NCBI GenBank assembly: GCA_038153405.1
Contig: JAYOYH010000005.1
Span: 32,001-96,000, forward strand
Direction of reading: 5' to 3'
DNA from: Gemmatimonadota bacterium
Lineage (GTDB): Bacteria > Latescibacterota > UBA2968 > UBA8231
DNA: 64,000 bases
Part shown: one piece after another, positions 48,966-58,224 of the stretch
How the letters are laid out: each line of letters opens with the position of its first letter
How positions within the stretch are numbered: the stretch's first letter is position 1
Program-made: the position numbers and the translations under genes
Notes under the pieces: generated by a model
Told to the model about the DNA's origin: nothing
Database searches by the model: none
The model's input: only the letters and a program-made list of their open reading frames with translations

Positions 48966-51569
48966 CTAGTACGCTACCGATACCGCGCGCAATACCTCGG
49001 CGTTTTCAATGCCGGCACCCGATATTTCGGTGGCAACGCGTAGACGCGCGTAGTAGATGCCCGGCGCCACCCGTTGACCTGCATCGTCGCGGCCGTCCCA
49101 ACGCAGAGAGCGCGGGCCGGTGCTCACCGCCCGCTGCTCGGCGAGGTGACGAACCGGCCGACCGCTCAGATCGTAGACCGTTACTTCCGCCGGACTGTTA
49201 TCGCTCACTCGAATAACGGTAAACTCAAAGGCCGCCTCGTCGTTCACTCCGTCGCCGTTGGGCGAGAACACGCGCGGCACCACTTCGGCGTATCGAATGA
49301 GCTCTTTGCGGCCGACAGCGCCGACGAGCGTAGTCGTGTTGCCATCTCCCAGAGCAACGGCGTTACCCGCATCTACGCGCTGCCAAGCGTTTGTTGCTCC
49401 ACGCTGCTGCAGCAGGGGTTTTAAAACGGCCCCGGTAGAAAAAAGCGCCGTGCGGAAATCGAGGCGCAATAGGTCGATGTTATCGTTGGGGCCAATGGGT
49501 GCAAACGATACGCGCAGGCTGTCGCCGCCATTGGCGGCCACTTCGACGCCTTCGGGAACCAGTGCTGTAAGATCGTTCCCCGACATAAAATCGGCCTCTG
49601 CACCAGCAAAAATACCCGTGAAATTTAGGCTCATATCAGAAGGGGCGACCAACAGCAATTCGTCAAAGCCGCTGTCGTTGCGCGTGAAATCGGGCCGGAT
49701 ATATAGCGAGAACGGGCGTTCTATGCCCAGCGAATCGACTTGAAACGGCACCAGTTCACCCACCAAACCCTGCGCCACCGGATCGACAAAATTGAGCCGA
49801 ATAGAACGCAGCGTGGCCGCAGTGTTTGGTTCGTCGGACACCAGCGTTGCCCGCACTTTGAGGTATTCGCGCGGCGACGGCGATGTAATTGGACTACCCG
49901 ATGGGAGCGCATACGGCTCACTCCAATCGCTCCAATCGTTGCCTGGCACTTCTTCGGGGACAATATCTCCTCTGAACAGCGACAGCAGCTTTCCATACTG
50001 CGCCTCCGTCACTTCGGTGCCGTCTTTTTTAAAGTAGTGCAACACCTCGCCCAATTCGTTGCCCGTGCGCGTTTGAATTTGCACGCTGGTGCCCGGCGGC
50101 GTATCGGCATCCCACTCGATAGACAGCAGATTGCGACTGCCGCCCAAGCGAATCAGATCCGACTCCAACTCGACGCGTGGCTGCACCCCCTCACCGTAGA
50201 GCTGGATCTCCGCTAGTTCAACGCGATTGCTGCCGCGCTCTTTTATCTGCCAAAACATGCGAAAGAAGCGCGCTTTAATCGGATCAAAATCGTTTCCTTC
50301 AAAGTTTTCACGCACGCGCCCGGCTTGCGAACGATCGAATGACGTTCTCCACTGCAAGGTACCGTCCGGAGCGAGCGAACCGTCTGAAAACTGCAGCTGA
50401 TAATCGCCAAAGCGGCGAAAAAGACCGCCATAGGCCATGCGGTGCGTGTCGATCCAATAAAACGAGCCCAGGTCGAAAAAGAGCTCGCGGTCAAAAATCT
50501 GCGTAGCGCCGGGTTGAGCATCCCACACCATCTGGGAAATAGTACCGCGATCGCCGTCGACAAACGAACTGAGCGCCACGTTGGGCTCGGTTGCAAAAAT
50601 AAAGCCACCGCGCGAAACGGTCCCGCTGAGAATCTCGTCGCCCAACCCCCAAACTTCGAGCTCGGCCAAGCGCGGCCGCTCTTGGCGGAAATAGCGCACG
50701 GCGCCTTGGCGCTCGGGATCTAGCTGCTCGAAGACATCCTGCCGAACCGGCACTTGGCCGCCATTAATTAACTTTTTATTGTATTCGATATCGCCTCGAT
50801 CGGCCGCCAGCAAGCCTTCGTATTCTTCCTTGGTCACCTCCCGACCTCGGCCTGCGTCCGTGCCATTGACGACTACTTGTACAAATCGGATCCCCTCGCT
50901 CTCGGCTTCGGCACTCAGCCCATCCAGATCAATTTCAAATATGCGCTGGTCCTTGTTCTCTTGCAGCGTCCTGAGCACCGTCTGGTAGCGCGGCACTTTC
51001 GACCCCGGAACGCGCGGTGGCGCCAGCCCATCGGAAACCAATACGTCAAAGAGCAGGAAGGGATCGCCCAGCGCTTCGTCGACAAACTTTAACACGAGTT
51101 TCTTGGCAAAGACAAAGCGGCCCAAATCAATGACAAACCACCACTGCGTTGCCAAATCGCTCCCTTCTTCAGCGCGATCGGGTTGCCAATAGGTCGTCAT
51201 ATCACCGTCCATAATATGGACCACATCGGCGCTATTTGAACCCGCTTTAACCGCGTCAATAAGCTCAATATCCTCGGGGGCTTTCTTGATTTCAGATGGA
51301 GTATTGAGCCGCAGAAAATCGACGATATCGGAGACGGCATTGGCATTGCGCCGCATCGTCGACGGCTGCACCTGTCCGCCAGCAATCCGCAGCGTGCCCT
51401 GGGCAAATATCCAGTTTTGCCAGTGGCTCTGGCTCTCGACAATGACTTGACTAGCGCTCAACCGGTACCCCTGTGCCCGTGCCGGGTCAGCGGAACCCAT
51501 CGCCCACACGGCTATGCACAATGCAAATATCAAACAACTGCGGTTTGCATAAAGAGCGCTCAAAACCAT
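48966..51569 (-). CDS. Secreted discoidin-like + FlgD-Ig/CHU_C-like protein (long paralog 2)
   Basis: Collinear with 46344-48935 over the whole length; FSPNGDGVND..WDGRD..PGIY. Confidence 0.82.
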   Translation of the reverse strand: MVLSALYANRSCLIFALCIAVWAMGSADPARAQGYRLSASQVIVESQSHWQNWIFAQGTLRIAGGQVQPSTMRRNANAVSDIVDFLRLNTPSEIKKAPEDIELIDAVKAGSNSADVVHIMDGDMTTYWQPDRAEEGSDLATQWWFVIDLGRFVFAKKLVLKFVDEALGDPFLLFDVLVSDGLAPPRVPGSKVPRYQTVLRTLQENKDQRIFEIDLDGLSAEAESEGIRFVQVVVNGTDAGRGREVTKEEYEGLLAADRGDIEYNKKLINGGQVPVRQDVFEQLDPERQGAVRYFRQERPRLAELEVWGLGDEILSGTVSRGGFIFATEPNVALSSFVDGDRGTISQMVWDAQPGATQIFDRELFFDLGSFYWIDTHRMAYGGLFRRFGDYQLQFSDGSLAPDGTLQWRTSFDRSQAGRVRENFEGNDFDPIKARFFRMFWQIKERGSNRVELAEIQLYGEGVQPRVELESDLIRLGGSRNLLSIEWDADTPPGTSVQIQTRTGNELGEVLHYFKKDGTEVTEAQYGKLLSLFRGDIVPEEVPGNDWSDWSEPYALPSGSPITSPSPREYLKVRATLVSDEPNTAATLRSIRLNFVDPVAQGLVGELVPFQVDSLGIERPFSLYIRPDFTRNDSGFDELLLVAPSDMSLNFTGIFAGAEADFMSGNDLTALVPEGVEVAANGGDSLRVSFAPIGPNDNIDLLRLDFRTALFSTGAVLKPLLQQRGATNAWQRVDAGNAVALGDGNTTTLVGAVGRKELIRYAEVVPRVFSPNGDGVNDEAAFEFTVIRVSDNSPAEVTVYDLSGRPVRHLAEQRAVSTGPRSLRWDGRDDAGQRVAPGIYYARLRVATEISGAGIENAEVLRAVSVAY

Positions 51570-51604
51570 AAGGGTTAGCTCCAGTCTTCCATTAGCCCGT
51601 CCAA

Positions 51605-54205
51605 TCAGTAGACGACGACAATGGACCGCAAAGCCTCGGCGTTGTCGATTCCAGCACCAGCGGTTTTCGTAGCAACGCGCAGGCGCGCATAGTACACGCC
51701 CGGGACCACCATATCGCCCGCATCGCTGCGCCCATCCCAGCGCAGCACGCGCGCGCCCGTGCTCACCAAACGCTGCTCGACCAAGCGCCGCACCTGTCGA
51801 CCACTCAGGTCGTAGACGATTACCTCAGCCGGACTGCTATCGCCCACGCGAACAACAGTAAATTCAAATGCCGTCTCGTCGTTAACCCCGTCGCCGTTCG
51901 GAGAAAACACCTTGGGAGTCACCGACACATCGCGAATGAGCTGCTTGCTCCCTACAGCGCCCACTAGCGTGGTCGTATTGCCCTGACCCAGTGCGATGGC
52001 ATTGCCGGCATCCACCCGCTGCCACGCGCTGTTGGCACTGCTGCGCTGCTGCAGCGCGGGCCGCAACACCGCCCCCGTCGAGAAGAGGGTCGTGCGGAAG
52101 TCCAAGCGCAGCACATCGACATTGTCGCCTGGGCCAATAGAGGGGAAAGCCACTTGCAGACTGTCTCCTCCACTGTTCACCAGTTCGACATCAGCCACCG
52201 CCAATCCATCTACACCGAGCTCCTCGCCGATAAAATCCGCTTCTTTGCCGACGTAAAACCCAACGAAGTCGAGTGTCATGTCCGGCGGTGCAACCAGCAA
52301 TAATTCGTCAAACCCGCTATCACTGCGCGCGAAGTCGGGTCGGATATACAGCGAAAAGGGCTGCTCTACGCCCAGCGAATCCACCTGAAACGGAACGACC
52401 TCACCCACCAAACCCTGTGCCACCGGATCGACAAAATCGAGCCGAATCGAGCGCAATGCCGCGGCAGCGGCCGGGTCATCGGAGACCAACGTCGCCCGCA
52501 CCTTGAGATATTCGCGCGGCGATGGCGAAATGATCGGGCTACCCGACGCGAGCGGGTACGGCTCGCTCCAATCGCTCCAGTCGTTTCCAGGCACTTCCTC
52601 GGGAACGATCTCTCCTTTGAACAGCGATAACAGCTTGCCATACTGCGCCTCGGTAACCTCCGAGCCGTCTTTCTTGAAATAGTGCAGCACTTCGCCCAGC
52701 TCATTGCCGGTGCGGGTCTGAATCAGCACGCTCGTGCCCGGCGGCGTGTCGGCATCCCAGCGGATTGACAGCAGATTGCGACTGCCTCCGAGCCGGATCA
52801 AGTCCGACTCCAGTTCTACCCGCGGTTGCACACCCTGGCCGTAGAGCTGCATTTCGGCTACGGGGGCCTGCCCCGACCCCCTAAGGTTGCGCGCCTTGGC
52901 CTGCAGGCGAAAAAAGCGCGCCTTGACCGGCTCAAAAAGATTCCCCTCAATAATTTTCTTAGGCGTTGCATCTTGCTGGCGGAACAGCGCAGTAAACCAG
53001 TTCAGCTTGCCGTCTGGACCGAGCGACCCATCCGAGAAGTCCAGCTGGTAGTCGTAAAAGCTGCGCGCATGGACGTTGCCCGGATTGTAGACGAGGCGGT
53101 GCGTATCCACCCAAAAAAACGATCCTAAATCGAAAAACAGGTCTAAGTTCAAATCCAGCGGGTCGCTGATCTCGGCAATGTCGATGGCCAGTGTGCCAAA
53201 GCTTTGGATATTGCCGTCGATGACAGAAGCTGTATTGATTTGCTGGGTCGAGGTGATAAAACCGCCGCGCTCGACAGTGCCGCTGACAATCTCATCGCCC
53301 GTGGCCCAAACCTCTAGCTCCGCCAAGCGGGGGCGCTCGCGCATGAAATAGCGGACGGCTCCCTGGCGCTCTGCCTCCAACTGTTCGTAGACGCTCTGCT
53401 TGACCACCACCTCGCGCCCGTCGGTCAGCTTCTTGCTGTACTGGATCGCGCCCCGATCACCCGCTTCGAGCGCATCGTACGCTGCGCGATCAACTTCGCG
53501 ACCTCGCTGCAAATCGCTGCCGTTCACCACGACCTGCACAAAGCGCACTCCTTCGCTCTGCGCTTCGGGCACCTCGCTGAAGTCGATCTCAAATACGCGC
53601 TGGCTCTTGTTGGGCTGCAGGTGGCGCAGGACCGTCTTGAACTCAGGCGATTTCGAACCGGGTACGCGCACCGGATTCAGCCCGTTGGAAACGAGCACGT
53701 CGAACAGCAAAAAGGGGTCGCCCAACTCCTCATCGACGAATTTTAGCACCAGCTTTTCGACAAAGACAAAGCGACCCAGGTCGACAGTGAACCACCACTG
53801 CGACTGGAGGTCGACATCGGGCTGCAGCGGATCGGGTTCCCAGTAGGTCGACATATCGCCGTCGAGGATATGCAGTACGTCCTCGCGGTTGGACCCAGCC
53901 TGAATTGCATCGATCAATTGGATATCTTCGGCCGCTTTACTGCCCAGCGTCGGCGGCGGATGAAGGCGCAGCGATTCTAATATATTGAAGGATGCGTTGA
54001 TGTCCTTGTTGAGAACGCGGGGCATCACTTCGCCGGCAGAGGAGATGCGTAGCGTGCCGGCGGGGAAAATCCAGTTATTCCAATGGCGGCCTTCTACGAC
54101 GACCTGATTAGCCGCAATGCGATGGCCCTGTCCCTCCACTGCACTAATCGGTAGCAGCGCAATGCAACATACCCACTGAATAACGTTGCTCATCAATCGT
54201 CTCAT
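51605..54205 (-). CDS. Secreted discoidin-like + FlgD-Ig/CHU_C-like protein (long paralog 1)
   Basis: Same architecture; shared blocks FVDEELGDPFLLFDVL and ESDLIRLGGSRNLLSI. Confidence 0.82.
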   Translation of the reverse strand: MRRLMSNVIQWVCCIALLPISAVEGQGHRIAANQVVVEGRHWNNWIFPAGTLRISSAGEVMPRVLNKDINASFNILESLRLHPPPTLGSKAAEDIQLIDAIQAGSNREDVLHILDGDMSTYWEPDPLQPDVDLQSQWWFTVDLGRFVFVEKLVLKFVDEELGDPFLLFDVLVSNGLNPVRVPGSKSPEFKTVLRHLQPNKSQRVFEIDFSEVPEAQSEGVRFVQVVVNGSDLQRGREVDRAAYDALEAGDRGAIQYSKKLTDGREVVVKQSVYEQLEAERQGAVRYFMRERPRLAELEVWATGDEIVSGTVERGGFITSTQQINTASVIDGNIQSFGTLAIDIAEISDPLDLNLDLFFDLGSFFWVDTHRLVYNPGNVHARSFYDYQLDFSDGSLGPDGKLNWFTALFRQQDATPKKIIEGNLFEPVKARFFRLQAKARNLRGSGQAPVAEMQLYGQGVQPRVELESDLIRLGGSRNLLSIRWDADTPPGTSVLIQTRTGNELGEVLHYFKKDGSEVTEAQYGKLLSLFKGEIVPEEVPGNDWSDWSEPYPLASGSPIISPSPREYLKVRATLVSDDPAAAAALRSIRLDFVDPVAQGLVGEVVPFQVDSLGVEQPFSLYIRPDFARSDSGFDELLLVAPPDMTLDFVGFYVGKEADFIGEELGVDGLAVADVELVNSGGDSLQVAFPSIGPGDNVDVLRLDFRTTLFSTGAVLRPALQQRSSANSAWQRVDAGNAIALGQGNTTTLVGAVGSKQLIRDVSVTPKVFSPNGDGVNDETAFEFTVVRVGDSSPAEVIVYDLSGRQVRRLVEQRLVSTGARVLRWDGRSDAGDMVVPGVYYARLRVATKTAGAGIDNAEALRSIVVVY

Positions 54206-54211
54206 AGCGTA

Positions 54212-56131
54212 TCAATAGGCCAGCGAAACGATGCGCTCGACGGCATCCGTACCCTGATCGGCAGCTATTTCCAAGCGCAGGATATACATGCCCGGCGGCA
54301 GCACCTTGCCCTCTTCGTCGCGGCCGTCCCATTGGGTAGAAAAACGACCGCTGGCAACGCTAGCCACCGGCACCGAACTAAGGCGCTGTCCCGATAGCGA
54401 GTAAATCTCGACCGTCGCCGGCACCGCACCTGCTAGGTTGAGCAAATCGTACTCAATGGTGACTCGATCGTTGACGCCATCGTTATTGGGCGTCAGCACC
54501 GGCGAAGATAAGTGCATTGTCTGAATAGTATTCGAGTCAAGTCCGGCCAAGTCCACCCGCAGCACGTCGCCGTCAAACAGGTCGTCGGCATTGCCCGGCG
54601 TCAGCGTCTGATATACCTCATCGGCCATCTCACTGTTGAACACCCGACCAGAAAACACGGTACCAAACTTAAAAACTTCGGCGCGAAAATCGACTTCGAT
54701 CAGCTCTTCTGTCTGCTGGATGCTGATCGGCGGAACGCGGACCGTAAACCCAGTATCATCTATGTTGACGAGTTCATATTCCTCTTCAATGCCGCCAATG
54801 CGCACCGCATCTACGCCAATGGCACGGGCCGGCGTGTCGATCGATATGCTATCGAAGCCCAAGTCGCCACTATCGAGATTCGGCTTGATCTTGTATGTGA
54901 ATGACGTAACCTCTCCCGCTGGCGCTCTATTCGGCTCGATTTCAGCCAGCGCTTCGCTGGCAATGGGTGGTATCGCCACAGAAAATTGCAGATAGTCGAG
55001 CTGGCCGCTGGCCTCTAGTCCGGAAAGAAAGTCGACCTTGAACTGCACAAATTGATGCGTTTTGTTGCCCACTAGATTGCCGCTCTCCGATTCAAAGTCG
55101 TAGGGCGTCGACCAAAAATTCCAATTCTCTGTATCGTGAGTAATCCCCGCTTTCTCACCCGATTCAAGCTTCTTGTAGTCAGCCAGCTTGAGGGGCCGAC
55201 CATTGGTGGCAAAGCGGGTGCGCTCATCGCCTCTGAACGTGAAGCGCCAATAGTTGTTGGGATCGTCGTCGTCACCAGCGCGCATCGCAATGTCGATCTT
55301 CGCCTCTTGGTCCTGGCGGCCCAGCCAAGTTAGCTGACCCAAGCTGGCTGGCTTGCCGAGGTCGATCACGTTAGAAACATAGTGGGCGAATGGGGCATAG
55401 CCGATACCAAAAATCTGGAATTCCGCGACTTCCCAGATCCCACGAGTATTTTCAAAGCCCTGAAACAGGATTTGCTTGATGGGGACCGGCGGCATTTCTA
55501 ACGTGATATCGGATACCGTGTTTTCGGTGATCTCGTGCGCTACGTCAAAGTTGACGAAGTGGCCGCGGGTGCCAAAATCGCGGTCGCGCGTGCCGTCCTT
55601 AAGCGGATCCCCGTCGCTAATGCCGATGACAAATTTTTGTATGAAGCGGTCGTGTTCGTGCTTTTCGCGTGGAAAAAAGCGAATTCGCTGGATCAGAAAG
55701 CGCCCACCAAAATCAAAAATCAAGTGCTTCTGCGGCGGCGCGTGGGCAGCAAAGTGCCCATCGCCCAGGTAGGCCGTGCCGGGATCCTCGTCAAAAAAGA
55801 CCAGATCCTCTTCGAGTCGGCGTTCCCAACCCGTCCAACCTAGTGCTAGGATCTGTCCCCCGTTGCTTTCGAGTGCAGGCGTGAGATTCACGCTGGGATC
55901 AAGCTCGCGCGGTTTGATATAGTCCGGGCTGACTTCTAGCAGTTCCAAGCTGCCGTGACGGGCTTCTTCTGCCTCGTCCCAGCTGAGCTGAACAAACTCA
56001 AAGTCTCCGCCGAACTCGGGTCGCGGCAGATTCTCACCGCCGATGCGGAAAATCGTGAGCGCATCTGCATTCGCCCCCCACCCCAACGCCAACGCAAACA
56101 GTGCGCTACCCAAAAGTCCGAAGCGATTCAT
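54212..56131 (-). CDS. Secreted single-discoidin-like + FlgD-Ig/CHU_C-like protein (short paralog 2)
   Basis: Signal peptide, IFDFGG..RIRFFPR, WEVAEFQIFG, LTPNNDGVND, WDGRD, PGMY; GGAG RBS before 56131. Confidence 0.82.
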   Translation of the reverse strand: MNRFGLLGSALFALALGWGANADALTIFRIGGENLPRPEFGGDFEFVQLSWDEAEEARHGSLELLEVSPDYIKPRELDPSVNLTPALESNGGQILALGWTGWERRLEEDLVFFDEDPGTAYLGDGHFAAHAPPQKHLIFDFGGRFLIQRIRFFPREKHEHDRFIQKFVIGISDGDPLKDGTRDRDFGTRGHFVNFDVAHEITENTVSDITLEMPPVPIKQILFQGFENTRGIWEVAEFQIFGIGYAPFAHYVSNVIDLGKPASLGQLTWLGRQDQEAKIDIAMRAGDDDDPNNYWRFTFRGDERTRFATNGRPLKLADYKKLESGEKAGITHDTENWNFWSTPYDFESESGNLVGNKTHQFVQFKVDFLSGLEASGQLDYLQFSVAIPPIASEALAEIEPNRAPAGEVTSFTYKIKPNLDSGDLGFDSISIDTPARAIGVDAVRIGGIEEEYELVNIDDTGFTVRVPPISIQQTEELIEVDFRAEVFKFGTVFSGRVFNSEMADEVYQTLTPGNADDLFDGDVLRVDLAGLDSNTIQTMHLSSPVLTPNNDGVNDRVTIEYDLLNLAGAVPATVEIYSLSGQRLSSVPVASVASGRFSTQWDGRDEEGKVLPPGMYILRLEIAADQGTDAVERIVSLAY

Positions 56132-56169
56132 AACATTCTCCATCCGGGAATACCCGTTTACACAATCGG

Positions 56170-58083
56170 TCAATACGCCACCGAAACGATGCGTTCTCTA
56201 ACGGCCGTGCCACCGTCTGTTTGCACTGCGAGGCGGACGATATACATCCCGGGCGGCAACACCGTCCCGCTGGCATCGCGTCCGTTCCAAGCCATGGAAA
56301 ACCGACCGCTCTCAGCAGTCCCCGAGGAAATGGCAGCCAAGCGTCGACCCGATAGATCGTATATTTCGATCATCGCCGGCACAGTCCCCATCAAATTGAG
56401 CAGGTCGTATTCTATCTCGACTTCGTCGTTGATGCCATCGCCGTTAGGTGTTAGCACCGGTGAAGACAGGCTCATGGCCTGAATAGTCGGCTGCGATAGA
56501 CCCTGCAAATCAACCCGCAGCGCATTGGCATCGACCAGAGGGTCCGCATCGCCCGGCGTCACCGTCTGATGCACTTCCTGTGGGCGCTCGCTGTCAAAGA
56601 CTCGTCCCGAAAATACAGTGCCAAATTTAAACACCTCTGCCTGAAATTCGACTTCGATCAACTCCCCCGTTTGATCGGTGTCTATCCGGGGAATGCGGAC
56701 GGTAAATCCGCCGTCGTCTAGAGCGGCCACTTCAAAGCGAGCCTCTATGCCTCCGACGCGCACCGCGTCGATGCTAACGGGCCGAGCCGGCGTATCGATG
56801 GAAATGCTATCAAAGCCGAGATCATCGGCCTTGAGGCGGGGCTTGATTTTGTAAATAAAGGGAGCGACCGTCCCCGCAGGCACCTGATTGGGCGTTATCT
56901 CAGCCATGACCTCATTGGCCACCGGCGGAATGGAAACCTTGAATTGCAGATAGTCGAGTTGACCGCCAGTGGCTAAGCTCGACGTAAAATCAGCTTTAAA
57001 CTGCACGAACCGACGCGGTTTGCTGCTTATGAGATCGCCGCCCAACGCACCGAACTCATAGGGAGTCGACCAAAAGTCCCAATTCTCCGTATCGTGGGTA
57101 ATCCCCGCCTTTTCGCCCGAATCTAGCTTGTTGTAGCTCTTGAGCACCAGCGGCACCCCGTTGACATCAAAGCGCGCGCGCTCGTCACCCCTGAAAGTAA
57201 AACGCCAGTAGTTGTTGGGATCTTCGTCGTCGCCAGCGCGCATGGCAATATCGACCCCAGAAGCGGCCGCTTGGCGGCCAGACCACACCACCTCACCGAG
57301 ACTGGCCGGAGCGCCGAGGTCGATTATGTTGGATATATAGCTGGACTGCGGAGCAAAACCAATACCGTAGAGCGCTAACTCGGCGACCTCCCATATCCCA
57401 CGCGCGTTTTCCGGCGCTTCAAACAGCAGCATGCGCACAGGCACCTGCGGCAGCTTCAGATTGAGCTGTGACTCTGTATTCTCAAATAGCTGGTGGGCGA
57501 TATCAAAATCGAAGTACTGATCTCTATGTCCAGATACAAATTCACGCGTGCCGTCTTTGAGTGGGTCTCCATCGTTTAACCCAATGGTCAGCGTCTCTAT
57601 AAAGCGATCGTTGAGAAAGCGATCGCGCGGCGACAGTTCAATGCGATCCAGGAGAAAAACGCCGCCCAGATCGAAGATCATCGATTTCTGGCGTATGACT
57701 CCGTAGTCGCCACCCCAATCGCCGTCGCCGAGAAAGGCCGTGGCGGGATCGCCGTCAAACATCTTGAGATCGCGGCCAAAGGCCGGCCCCCACCCCGTCC
57801 AAGTCAACGAGAGAATGCGACCGCCCAGTGCCTCGAGTTGCGGCGTGAGGTTAACCGTCGGATCGAGCTGCTGCGGCCCGATAAAATCCGGAGCAATTTG
57901 CAGGAGGTAGGCACTGCCGTGGCGAGCGGGATCGACCTCCGACCAAGACATCTGCACAAAATCGTAGGGCGCGTCCAACTCGGGCTGCGGAACGCCCTCT
58001 CCGCCGATTCGATAAATCGTAACAGCACTGGCCGGCTGTATGACGGCGAGACAGAAAATGGCAAACCATCCCCATATTCTCAT
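56170..58083 (-). CDS. Secreted single-discoidin-like + FlgD-Ig/CHU_C-like protein (short paralog 1)
   Basis: Collinear with 54212-56131; LTPNGDGIND, IYDLSGR, WNGRD, PGMY. Confidence 0.82.
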   Translation of the reverse strand: MRIWGWFAIFCLAVIQPASAVTIYRIGGEGVPQPELDAPYDFVQMSWSEVDPARHGSAYLLQIAPDFIGPQQLDPTVNLTPQLEALGGRILSLTWTGWGPAFGRDLKMFDGDPATAFLGDGDWGGDYGVIRQKSMIFDLGGVFLLDRIELSPRDRFLNDRFIETLTIGLNDGDPLKDGTREFVSGHRDQYFDFDIAHQLFENTESQLNLKLPQVPVRMLLFEAPENARGIWEVAELALYGIGFAPQSSYISNIIDLGAPASLGEVVWSGRQAAASGVDIAMRAGDDEDPNNYWRFTFRGDERARFDVNGVPLVLKSYNKLDSGEKAGITHDTENWDFWSTPYEFGALGGDLISSKPRRFVQFKADFTSSLATGGQLDYLQFKVSIPPVANEVMAEITPNQVPAGTVAPFIYKIKPRLKADDLGFDSISIDTPARPVSIDAVRVGGIEARFEVAALDDGGFTVRIPRIDTDQTGELIEVEFQAEVFKFGTVFSGRVFDSERPQEVHQTVTPGDADPLVDANALRVDLQGLSQPTIQAMSLSSPVLTPNGDGINDEVEIEYDLLNLMGTVPAMIEIYDLSGRRLAAISSGTAESGRFSMAWNGRDASGTVLPPGMYIVRLAVQTDGGTAVRERIVSVAY

Positions 58084-58146
58084 GATTCAATTACCTCGCT
58101 CAGCAGCGTGAGGGTAACAGCCCAAAAATCGCTACAACATTATATA

Positions 58147-58185
58147 ATAAAAAAGAGGGGAGATCAACCGCGATCTCCCCTCTTT
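58147..58185 (-). terminator. Intrinsic terminator downstream of the SWGxIK-tailed gene
   Basis: 14-bp perfect stem AAAGAGGGGAGATC/GATCTCCCCTCTTT, 6-nt loop, T-run on the minus strand. Confidence 0.85.
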
Positions 58186-58224
58186 CAATATGGTCTAAGA
58201 CCAACTTACAAGCGCTACATCAGG

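Noticed and set aside
46344..58083. Diversity-generating retroelement or shufflon as the source of paralog variation
   Set aside because: No reverse transcriptase, recombinase, template/variable repeat pair or adenine-specific pattern seen; differences include indels and many synonymous changes, consistent with old duplications.
46344..58083. Flagellar hook-cap flgD genes linked to fliG
   Set aside because: Only a C-terminal FlgD-Ig-like domain on large signal-peptide proteins; these are not FlgD orthologs.
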